Shown here piece by piece: positions 7,975 to 16,565 of a stretch of DNA of 64,000 bases. The notes beneath the pieces are model-generated. The model was given only the letters and a program-made list of their open reading frames with translations. It did no database searches and had not been told where the DNA came from. The stretch is from an uncultured Acidimicrobiia bacterium (GTDB lineage: Bacteria; Actinomycetota; Acidimicrobiia; Acidimicrobiales; AC-14). The position numbers and the translations under genes are program-made. The DNA lies in NCBI GenBank assembly GCA_963836205.1, contig CAWIIV010000008.1, positions 96,001 through 160,000 of the forward strand, given 5' to 3'. Positions within the stretch are counted from its first letter, which is position 1. The number at the start of each line of letters is the position of its first letter.

Positions 7975-9123
7975 TCAGCCGATCGAGTCCAGGGCCTGGA
8001 CCAGGTCGGCCACCAGGTCGGCGGCGTCTTCGATACCCACCGAGAGGCGGAGCAGGGCGGGATCGACCGCCTGGTCGGTGCCCACCTGGGCCGCGTTGCT
8101 CATCATCGTCGGATAGCCGATCAGCGATTCCACCCCGCCCAGCGACTCCCCCAGCGTGAACAGGCGGGTGCGGCCGGCCACCGCCCGGGCGGCGTCGTCG
8201 CCCCCTGCGAGGGTGAACGCGACCACGCCGCCGAAGCCCCGCATCTGACGGGAGGCGAGCTCGTGGCCCGGGTGCGTCGCCAACCCCGGCCAGAGAACCT
8301 CCTTCACCGCCGGGTGGCCCTGGAGCGCCTCCGCCACCGCGGCCGCGTTGCGGCAGTGCCGGTCCATTCGGGCGGCAAGGGTCTTCATGCCGCGCAGGAC
8401 GAGGAAGCAGTCCATCGGGCCCGGGATGGCGCCCGCCGCGTGCTGCACGAGGGTGACGGCCGCGGCCAGCTCGTCGTCGTCGCAGGCGACGAACCCGCCG
8501 ACCACGTCGGAGTGGCCGCCGAGGTACTTGCTGGTGGAGTGCACCACCACGTCGGCACCCAGCTCGAGCGGGCGCTGGAGGTAGGGCGTGGCCAGGGTGT
8601 TGTCGACCACGCAGATCGCCCCCCGCTCGTGGGCCAGCCGGGCGAGGGCGGCGATGTCGACGATCCCGAGGGTGGGGTTGGTGGGCGACTCGACCCACAG
8701 CACGCGGGTCTCCGGCTGCCAGGCGGCGGCCACCGCGTCGAGGTCGGACTGGTCGACGGCGTCGAAGCGCACCGACAGCACCCGCGAAACCAGCCTCCAG
8801 GTCCCCCCGTAGCCGCGGTGGGGCACGAGGACGTGGTCGTCGGGCCCGAGGCGGCGGAGCACGGCGTCGGAGGCGGCCATCCCGCTGGCGAAGGCCCGCC
8901 CGTGGGCCGCCCCCTCAAGGGATGCCAGGCACCGTTCCAACGCCCGCCGGGTGGGATTGGCGGTGCGCGAGTAGGAGAACTCCGGGTCGTGGCCCAGCCC
9001 GGCGTGGGCGAAGGTCGACGTCTGGTAGATCGGGACGGCGACCGGCGCCACCGTGGGGTCGGGTTCCTGGCCGGCGTGAATGGCCCGCGTCTCGAAGCCG
9101 AGGTCGCCGCCGTCCTTGTCCAC
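7975..9123 (-). CDS. Cystathionine gamma-synthase/lyase (Cys/Met metabolism PLP enzyme)
   Basis: FETRAIHAGQ, PIYQTSTF, YSRTANPT, ESPTNP, VDNT, HSTSKYLGGHSD, SLGGVESL, LRLSVGIE. Confidence 0.92.
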   Translation of the reverse strand: MDKDGGDLGFETRAIHAGQEPDPTVAPVAVPIYQTSTFAHAGLGHDPEFSYSRTANPTRRALERCLASLEGAAHGRAFASGMAASDAVLRRLGPDDHVLVPHRGYGGTWRLVSRVLSVRFDAVDQSDLDAVAAAWQPETRVLWVESPTNPTLGIVDIAALARLAHERGAICVVDNTLATPYLQRPLELGADVVVHSTSKYLGGHSDVVGGFVACDDDELAAAVTLVQHAAGAIPGPMDCFLVLRGMKTLAARMDRHCRNAAAVAEALQGHPAVKEVLWPGLATHPGHELASRQMRGFGGVVAFTLAGGDDAARAVAGRTRLFTLGESLGGVESLIGYPTMMSNAAQVGTDQAVDPALLRLSVGIEDAADLVADLVQALDSIG

Positions 9124-9197
9124 GTCAGACGATGTCCACGTCAGACGATGTCCACGTCAGACGATGTCCACGTCAGACGGAGTCCACGTCAGACGGC
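9118..9197. repeat. Tandem repeat, 5 x 16 bp (GTCCACGTCAGACGAT)
   Basis: Units start at 9118, 9134, 9150, 9166 and 9182; spans the stop of the upstream gene and the start of the downstream gene. Confidence 0.95.
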
Positions 9198-11408
9198 GAT
9201 CGTGCAGCGGACGAGGGTGCCGTTGGGCCCCGACTGGACCCGGCACTCCTTGGCCACCGATTGCACGAGGAACAGGCCCCGTCCCCGCTCTAACGTCGGG
9301 TCGGGCATGGCGTCGTCGGCCGGCAGCAGGCCCTCGAAACCGGGGCCGTCGTCGGTGGCCTCCACCGTGACCTCTCCTGGCCCGACCCACGCCCGCAGCT
9401 CGACCCCGCTGCGGGCCGCCCGCACCGCGTTGGTGCCCAGCTCCGCCGCCACCAGGACGATGTCGTCGATCCTGTGACCCGCGGGGCCGAGCTTGGTCAC
9501 CAGCCACGCTCGGAGCCGGCGGCGGGCGGCGGAGAGGCCCTCGGGCGAGGGCGACACCCGCTCGCGGAACCGGGGGGATGGCGACCGCAGGACCAGCACG
9601 GCCATGTCGTCGCGGGGGTACCCGCCCTGGAACTCGAGCATGGCCGCCTCCACCGCCGCTGCCACCGCGTCGGCCGGCTGGCCGTGGGTGCGGCGCAGCA
9701 CGTCCTCCAGCAGGCCGTCGGCGAAGGAGCCGTCGGGTGCCCGGGCCTCGACCACGCCGTCGGTGTAGAAGACGAGCGACTCCCCCGGCAGCAGCCGGTG
9801 GGTGTCGTCGAACACCGTGGGCGAGGCGAACAGGCCGACGGCCGTCCCCGGGCGGCCCAGGGTGCGGACCTCGCCCGCGGCGTCGACCAGCAGCGGGAGG
9901 GGGTGGCCGGCACACGACAGGGTGACCCGCACCGGCTCCTCGGCCGTCTCGACGAAGGCCTGGGCGATGGTGCAGAAGCGGTCGCCCGTCTCGTGGTCGA
10001 GGAGGCTGCGGTTGAGCACCTCCAGCACGCCCGACGGCCGGGCCTCGCTGCGGGCCGCGGTGCGCACCGTGTAGCGGGCCAGGGCGGTCAGCTGGGCGGC
10101 CATGACGCCCTTGCCGCACACGTCGCCGATGGCCACGCCCCAGCGACCCCGGCCGAGGGGAAAGACGTCGTAGAAGTCGCCCCCCACCTCGCTGCGGCCG
10201 CCCACCGGGTGGTAGCGGGCACCGACATCGAGGCCGGGCAGCAGGGCCAGGGAATGGGGCAGCAGGCTGCGCTGGAGGGTGCGGACCACCTCGGCCCGGG
10301 CCTCCTGGGCGCGGGCGTTCTCGATGGCCACCGCCGCCCGGCCGGCCAGGTCCTCGACGAACGGCAGGTCGGACGGGCGGTAGCGGCGGGGCGACGTGCT
10401 CACGGTGAGCGCCAGCACCCCGATGCGCCGGTCGTGGGTCGACAGGGGTACGAGCATGGCCGAGCGGATGCCGAGCCGGCGCAGCACCTCGAGTTCGTCC
10501 GGGGTCTGGGCCAGCCGGGTCCATGCTTCCTCGGTCAGCTCTGACAGGACGACCGGCTCGCCCGACTCGACGATGCCGAGGATCAGCGGATTGGTCGTGG
10601 GCCGGCCTGTCGCCGCCCGCTCCCGCAACAGGGTGTCGAGGTCGGGGTCGCCGTGGGCGGTCACCACCAGCCGCACCCCCTCGTCATCGGCCAGGTAGAC
10701 GGTGCAGGTGTCGGCGATGCCGGGCACGGCCAGGCGGGCGACCCGGGCCAGGGTCTCCTCGTAGTCGAGCGACGAGCTCAGCACCCGGCTGGCGTCGGCC
10801 AGGAATCCCTTGCGCAGGGCCGACTCGTGTTCGGCCGCGTAGTAACGGGCCCGGTCGAGGGCCTGCCCCGCCTGCTGGCCGATGGCGTCGAGGAAGCGGA
10901 CGTCGTCGTCGGTGAACGTCCTCGGCCGGGACCACCCGAGGGCGAGGGCGCCGATCGGGTCGTCGCCCGCGGAGACGGGGACGATGGCGAAGGCCCGGTT
11001 GGTAACGGGGACGTCCTTCAGCCCGGGATAGAGCTCGTCGCGCTCGGCCACCGAGCCCATGAGGACGATGCGCCGGGTGCGGAGGGCGTCGGCGGCCGGG
11101 AGGTCGGACTCGAGTGGGAAGGTCCGGAAGCGCTCGATGGCGGCGGGGTCGTAGCCCACGGAGCGGACGACCTCCATGGTCAGGCCGTCGTCGGCCAGGA
11201 GGCAGAGGGCGACGCTGGCCGCGCCCGCCCCGTCGCTCGCCCGCTCGACGATGACCCCGGCCACCTGGTCGGGCGTGCGGGCCTGGGAGAGCCCGGCGGT
11301 GATGGCCTGGAGGTCGGCCAGGCGGCGGGCGGACTGCTCGGCCGCGGCCCGGGCGTCGCGCTCGGCTTGGAGCAGGCGGGCCAGCTCCGCCTCCGTCCAC
11401 GGCCCCAT
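9189..11408 (-). CDS. SpoIIE/PP2C-family phosphatase with GAF domains and C-terminal HATPase (anti-sigma-like) domain
   Basis: LQRSLLP, VGGDFYDV, IGDVCGKG, SCAGHPLP, YTDGVVEA, DDMAVL, ELGTNAV, DDGPGF, GRGLFLV; start approximate. Confidence 0.9.
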   Translation of the reverse strand: MGPWTEAELARLLQAERDARAAAEQSARRLADLQAITAGLSQARTPDQVAGVIVERASDGAGAASVALCLLADDGLTMEVVRSVGYDPAAIERFRTFPLESDLPAADALRTRRIVLMGSVAERDELYPGLKDVPVTNRAFAIVPVSAGDDPIGALALGWSRPRTFTDDDVRFLDAIGQQAGQALDRARYYAAEHESALRKGFLADASRVLSSSLDYEETLARVARLAVPGIADTCTVYLADDEGVRLVVTAHGDPDLDTLLRERAATGRPTTNPLILGIVESGEPVVLSELTEEAWTRLAQTPDELEVLRRLGIRSAMLVPLSTHDRRIGVLALTVSTSPRRYRPSDLPFVEDLAGRAAVAIENARAQEARAEVVRTLQRSLLPHSLALLPGLDVGARYHPVGGRSEVGGDFYDVFPLGRGRWGVAIGDVCGKGVMAAQLTALARYTVRTAARSEARPSGVLEVLNRSLLDHETGDRFCTIAQAFVETAEEPVRVTLSCAGHPLPLLVDAAGEVRTLGRPGTAVGLFASPTVFDDTHRLLPGESLVFYTDGVVEARAPDGSFADGLLEDVLRRTHGQPADAVAAAVEAAMLEFQGGYPRDDMAVLVLRSPSPRFRERVSPSPEGLSAARRRLRAWLVTKLGPAGHRIDDIVLVAAELGTNAVRAARSGVELRAWVGPGEVTVEATDDGPGFEGLLPADDAMPDPTLERGRGLFLVQSVAKECRVQSGPNGTLVRCTIAV

Positions 11409-11533
11409 GGGAACCCCAACCGGGTCCGTCGGCTCCACGGCCACCCCCGGGATGTCCTCCACAACGCCGACTCTAGGGGCAGCCCGCCTCCAGAAGCCCC
11501 GGGGACCGAGCGGTGGCCTGTCCCCCTCTGGGG

Positions 11534-11803
11534 TTAGTAGTCGACGCGGCGGCGAGTCACCCGCCGGCGGGTTGCGCCCACGGCGACCGGGCCCTCGTCG
11601 ACCAGGTCGCTCTCCACGACCGTGCGCCGGCCCCACCAGCCGCCGTCGCCGAACACCAGGAGCGTGGTCGCCAACCCGATGCCGCCGACGACCATGAGGA
11701 TCACGCCGACGGTGGCCAGGTCGATCCCCGTCGTCTGCACGTTCACGGCGAAGGCCAACACCGCCCCGACAGCGATCAGGAACACGCTGACACCTATGCC
11801 CAT
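11534..11803 (-). CDS. Small two-TM membrane protein (DUF6458-like)
   Basis: MGIGVSVFLIAVGAVLAFAV...GVILMVVG; SD AGGAGG upstream. Confidence 0.75.
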   Translation of the reverse strand: MGIGVSVFLIAVGAVLAFAVNVQTTGIDLATVGVILMVVGGIGLATTLLVFGDGGWWGRRTVVESDLVDEGPVAVGATRRRVTRRRVDY

Positions 11804-12096
11804 CACGACCTCCTGTTGGTCACTGCTCTGCTCGCCCAGCCCTTACCCAGCCGGCGACGGCCGTACCCGGCGCGGCGGTAGGGTGCCGGCCAGAAAGGGG
11901 GGATGCGCCGTGCACCATCGTTGAGCGATCGTCCACCGCCGCCCGGTCGGGCGACCATGGCCGCCGCGCACCTGCGCCGTGCCCCTCCTTCTCCTTCCTC
12001 CGGGCTGATCCCCCGAGGTCCTGAGCGGGTTGGGCATCGCGGGGCTGCTCGGCCGCCGCCGATACCCCCGGAACCCCTCGCGAGGAGAACCCCTTC

Positions 12097-13239
12097 ATGC
12101 CTCATCCTGCTCTGGACGTCCTTGACACCGTCATCGCCGACGTGGTCGCGCCCGCCGCCGACGACGTCGACCGCAACGGCACCTTCCCCCGGGCCGCGAT
12201 CGCCGCCCTGGGCGAGGCCGGCCTGCTGGGCCTGGCCAGCGCCACCGATGTCGGCGGCCAGGGCCTGGCCTTCGACGGCGTCGCACCCGTGATCGAGCGC
12301 CTGGCCGGCGCCTGTGGATCGACGGCCATGGTCGTGCTCATGCACTACGCCGCCACCGCCCTGGTCGAGGCCCACGGCCCGGCCGCGGTGCGGGAGGACA
12401 TCGCCGCCGGCCGCTGCCTCGCCACCCTCGCCTTCTCCGAGGTCGGCTCCCGGAGCCACTTCTGGGCCCCGATGAGCACGGCCGACGCCACCGGCGACGG
12501 CTCCGTCCGCCTCGACGCCCACAAGAGCTGGGTGACGGCCGCAGGCGAGGCCGACCTCTACGTGTGGTCGAGCCGGCCGGTGGCGGCCGAGGGGCTGATG
12601 ACCACCTGGCTGGTTCGTTCCGACGCCCCCGGGCTGACGGTCGCCGGTCCCTTCGACGGGCTCGGGCTGCGGGGCAACGCCTCCCGGCCGGTCGACGCGG
12701 AGGGGGTGATGGTCGCCGCCGACGCCATGCTCGGCGCCGATGGAGCGGGCCTCGACGTGGCCCTGGCCACGGCCCTGCCCTGGTTCCTCGTCCTCAACGC
12801 CGCCTTCTGCCTAGGACTGGCGGAGGCGGTCACCACCGAGTCGGTCGCCCACCTCACCCGGAGCCGGCTCCAGCACCTCGACCAGTCGCTGGCCCAGCAG
12901 GTGGTCCCCCGGCTCGACCTGGCCCGCATGCGCATCGACACCGACCGCACCCGGGCCTTCCTCGACGACACCACCGGGGCCCTCGCCGGGGGCCGGCCCG
13001 ACGCCATGCTGCGGGTGCTGGAGGTGAAGGCGGTGGCGGCCGAGGCGGCCATCGCCGTCACCGACCTGGCCATGAAGGTCTGCGGGGGAGCTGCCTTCCG
13101 CCGGGAACTGGGGGTGGAGCGGCGGTTCCGCGACGCCCGGGCGGCCCGGGTGATGGCGCCCACCACCGAGGCCCTGCTCGACTTCGTCGGCCGTGCCATC
13201 TGCGGTCTGCCCCTCATCGACCCCCCCGCCGGCGCATGA
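12097..13239 (+). CDS. Acyl-CoA dehydrogenase family protein
   Basis: LAFSEVGSRSH, KSWVT, GLGLRGNAS, MKVCGGAAF, ERRFRDARA; SD AGGAG. Confidence 0.9.
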   Translation: MPHPALDVLDTVIADVVAPAADDVDRNGTFPRAAIAALGEAGLLGLASATDVGGQGLAFDGVAPVIERLAGACGSTAMVVLMHYAATALVEAHGPAAVREDIAAGRCLATLAFSEVGSRSHFWAPMSTADATGDGSVRLDAHKSWVTAAGEADLYVWSSRPVAAEGLMTTWLVRSDAPGLTVAGPFDGLGLRGNASRPVDAEGVMVAADAMLGADGAGLDVALATALPWFLVLNAAFCLGLAEAVTTESVAHLTRSRLQHLDQSLAQQVVPRLDLARMRIDTDRTRAFLDDTTGALAGGRPDAMLRVLEVKAVAAEAAIAVTDLAMKVCGGAAFRRELGVERRFRDARAARVMAPTTEALLDFVGRAICGLPLIDPPAGA

Positions 13240-14079
13240 CGGCCCTGGTCATGGGGGCGGTGGCCTACGACCCCAAGGTGGTCACCATCTGGGACGGCTT
13301 CCGGGCCTGGTTCCGGGACCAGGGCCTCGACTTCGACTACGTCCTCTATTCCAACTACGAGCGCCAGGTCGACGAGCTGGTCGCCGGCCGCATCCAGGCG
13401 GCGTGGAACTCGCCCCTGGCCTGGGTGCGCTCCGTGCGGATGGCGCCACTCGGCCCGGGCCCTGGTGATGCGGGACACCGACCTGGACCTCACCTCGGTG
13501 GTGGTCGTGGGGGCCGATTCCGACATCGGTTCGGTCGCCGACCTCGCGGGCCGGACGGTGGGCGTCGGGGCCGTCGACTCTCCCCAGGCCACGCTCATCC
13601 CGCTGTCGTCGCTGCGGGCGGCGGGGGCGGCGGGGGCGGCGGACGTGAAGGTGCGGCGGTTCGACGTCGGCGTGGGTCTCCACGGCGACCACATCGGGGG
13701 CGAGCGGGAGGCGGCGCGGGCCTTGGCCGGGGGCGAGGTCGACGCCGCCTGCATGATCGACGCCAACCACCTCCTGTTCGTCCGGGAGGGGACGCTGGCC
13801 GCGGGGTCGACCCGGGTGCTGACCCAGACCGGCGCCTACGACCACTGCAACATGACCGTCGTGGGCGGCGTGGCCGACGAGGCGGTGGGCCGGTTCGGCG
13901 AGCTGCTCCTGTCGATGTCGTACGCCGATCCCGCCGTCCGTCCCCTCCTCGACCTGGAGGGGCTGACCGCCTGGCGGCCGGGGCGCACGTCGGGCTACGC
14001 GGCCTTGGAGGCGGCCGTCGACGAGACCGGGTTCTACGACGCCGAGGGCAATGTCACCGCCGCCGACTACCGACCCTAG
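13236..14079 (+). CDS. PhnD/SsuA-like substrate-binding-fold protein (frameshift near 13450)
   Basis: MTALVMGAVAYDPKVVTIWDGF...AWNSPLAW in one frame, continuing as MRDTDLDLTSV...DSPQATLIP...YDHCNMT in another. Confidence 0.75.
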
Positions 14080-15272
14080 GACAGTCGACCTCGAGGGCCT
14101 CGGCTTCGAGGAGGGCGCCCACCTCCTCCTGAAGCGGGCGCTTGGCGGGGCTGCCCGCGGGGGGTCGGTTGGCCGTCCGGGGCCGCGACCCCGCCCTGGC
14201 GGTGCATCTGCGGGGGTGGTGCCGGGCCCACGGCCACGGGGTGGAGTGGCCGGAGGTACCGGTCGATGGCGACGCGGACGTGGTCGCCGTCGTCGTGCGG
14301 GGCGAGGCCGACGACCAACGGTGGGCCGGGGCCGAGCGGGCGGGCGCGCCTGGCGTGGTCGTCGACCGACCGTCCGCCCGGTGGGGACTGGCCGCCCGGG
14401 GCGCGCTGGTGGAGGCGGGCGGTCCCGAGGTGGACTTCTCCCTCGACGAGCGGCGGGTGGTGTGGGCCGACGTCGCCCCCAAGCTCTACGCCCAGGCCGC
14501 CGCGGGCCAATGGGACCCGGCCACCGCCGTCGACTGGGGCGCCGCCCGTGACCACCCGGCCGACGTGGAGGCGGCCGTGGTGCAGGTCATGACCTACCTG
14601 GTGGAGAACGAGCAGGCCGCGCTGGTGGTGCCGGCCCGGTTCCTCGGCCGCATCCACCCCCACTTCCGGGAGGTCGTGCAGCTGCTGGCGGTGCAGGTGG
14701 CCGACGAGGCCCGCCACGTGGAGGTCTTCACCCGCCGGGCATTGCTCGGCGGAGGCCAGCTCGGGACTTCGGGCGCCGGAGGCCGGGCGTCGCTGGCCAC
14801 CCTGGTGGCGGAGACCGACTTCTCGCAGGCCTCGTTCCTCCTGTCGGTGCTGGGCGAGGGCAGCTTCCTCAACCTGCTGGCCTTCCTCGAGCGCCACGCC
14901 CCCGACGCCGTCACCCGCCAGGTCTCCCGCCTCGCCCTCCAGGACGAGGCCCGTCACGTTGCCTTCGGCCTGGCCCACCTCGAGCACCAGGCCGAGGCCG
15001 ACCCGTCGTTACGGGACCGTCTGCGGGCCGCCGTCGAGCGCCGCCACGACGCCTTGGCCGACACCGCCGGCCTCAACGAGGAGGTCTTCGACTCTCTCGT
15101 GGTCCTGGCCGCGGGTTCGTGGGAGCCGACCGCCCTGGCCGAGGGCCACCGCCGGGTGCAGCAACTCCAGGCCGAGATGGACGAGGGCCGCCAGCGCCGC
15201 CTGGTCCGCCTCGGCTTCCCGCCGGCCGAGGCCGCCGCGCTCTCCGCCCTCCACACCCGCAACTTCATGTAG
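14051..15272 (+). CDS. Ferritin-like diiron protein with TusA-like N-terminus (frameshift near 14140)
   Basis: VDLEGLGF...LLKRAL then LRGWCRAHGH; ENE, DEARHVE, EGSF, DEARHVAFG; C-terminal LHTRNFM. Confidence 0.75.
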
Positions 15273-15567
15273 CCGGTCGGCGACCATGCCGCGACATGCC
15301 GAGGCGAAGTGGGTCTGGCGGCGGAGGCCGCGCTTCTCCGGGAGGCTGCGAAGTCTCCATGACTCAAGGCCAACCTCGATCCGGGGTCGGCTTTGTGAAG
15401 CAAAACGACCGTGGATGTCGCTTTTGCTCCAGAGAATGGGGCCGCGAGGGAGGTCCTCGAGTTCAAAGGCGATCCACCCACGGAATGGGACGGCTTCCCG
15501 GACGCGCCCGTGACCCGGGACCGAGATGGCCCGGGTCGCGCACGCCCCCTCGAGCATCGGCGGCCGG

Positions 15568-16272
15568 TTACGCCGACCGCCTTCCCCGCCCGCCGACGGT
15601 GGCCCACACGAAGCCGACCATGGCCAGCAGGGCCATCGCTCCGGCGCCGGCGTAAGCGGCGGTGGCGGCCTGGGCCCCCTTCTCGCCCAGGGTGCTGAAC
15701 CCGAAGGAGGTGAGCAGGGTCCCCCGCAGCATCTCGGCCTTGAAGACGGCCTCCCGCTGGCCGGTGACGGCACCCAACTGCTTCTGGAGGTCGGCCAGGG
15801 CCGGATCGCCGCTGGCCTGGGCCGCGGCCAGCTTGGCCTGGAGGTCGAGCTGGACCTCGCCGATCTCGGCGTAGGTCTGGCCCTTGCCGATCTGCTTCAC
15901 GTGGAGACCGAGGTAGTCGTTGGCGAAGCACTCCGCCTGCTTGCCGGTGGTGAGGGCCTGGCCGGCGTTGGCCACCACGCACGGCGCCTGGCGCTCGGCG
16001 TCGGTGAGGGCGGCGACGGGCTTGAAGGTGATCCGCTGCTGCGTGAGCTGGTCGGTCACGTAGTTCTCGGAGAAGTTGGCGTTACTGGCCATCACCATGC
16101 CCATGGCCCCCAGCAGGCCGGCTACGGCGAGGGCGCCAAGGCTGATCCACAACAGGATTCGGCGGGGCCGCCGCCCGTGGTGGCGGTGGTCAGCGTGGTC
16201 ACGGCTGGAGACGGCGAACGAGGTGAAGCTGGCCTCAGTCGGGGTCGGGGTCGGGGTCAGGGTTGCGGTCAT
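15568..16272 (-). CDS. Hypothetical membrane protein (two TM segments)
   Basis: SD GAGAGG before ATG; N- and C-terminal hydrophobic helices; FKAEMLRGTLLTSFGF. Confidence 0.7.
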   Translation of the reverse strand: MTATLTPTPTPTEASFTSFAVSSRDHADHRHHGRRPRRILLWISLGALAVAGLLGAMGMVMASNANFSENYVTDQLTQQRITFKPVAALTDAERQAPCVVANAGQALTTGKQAECFANDYLGLHVKQIGKGQTYAEIGEVQLDLQAKLAAAQASGDPALADLQKQLGAVTGQREAVFKAEMLRGTLLTSFGFSTLGEKGAQAATAAYAGAGAMALLAMVGFVWATVGGRGRRSA

Positions 16273-16471
16273 CGTCGGATTCCTCTCTGGAAGGTGAAAC
16301 GGGCTGGTCGTCGGCCGTCCCGAGCGGAAGGAGGAGGACGTGGAAGAGCTCGGCTCCGGTGCGAAACGTCGTCTCGACGCCGGTCGCCACGTGGCGGACC
16401 ACACCCCGAAGGTCGGGCCGGCACGGCCGGTCGTCGGCCGGCGTCCAGACCCGCACCAGGAACGTCTGCAT
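16235..16471 (-). CDS. Small hypothetical protein (MQTFLVRVW...LRGVVRHVATG)
   Basis: SD GGAGGTG before ATG 16471; lies between the regulator and the membrane protein gene. Confidence 0.6.
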   Translation of the reverse strand: MQTFLVRVWTPADDRPCRPDLRGVVRHVATGVETTFRTGAELFHVLLLPLGTADDQPVSPSREESDDDRNPDPDPDPD

Positions 16472-16565
16472 CTCCACCTCCCATCCATCCACCGCTTCGG
16501 TCACTGCCAGGAGCAGCATCCGACCCTGCCTTCGGGTGGGCTTCGGGTGGGGTTCGGGTGGGCCT

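Noticed and set aside
9118-9197. 16-bp repeats as CRISPR
   Set aside because: Head-to-tail tandem units with no spacers.
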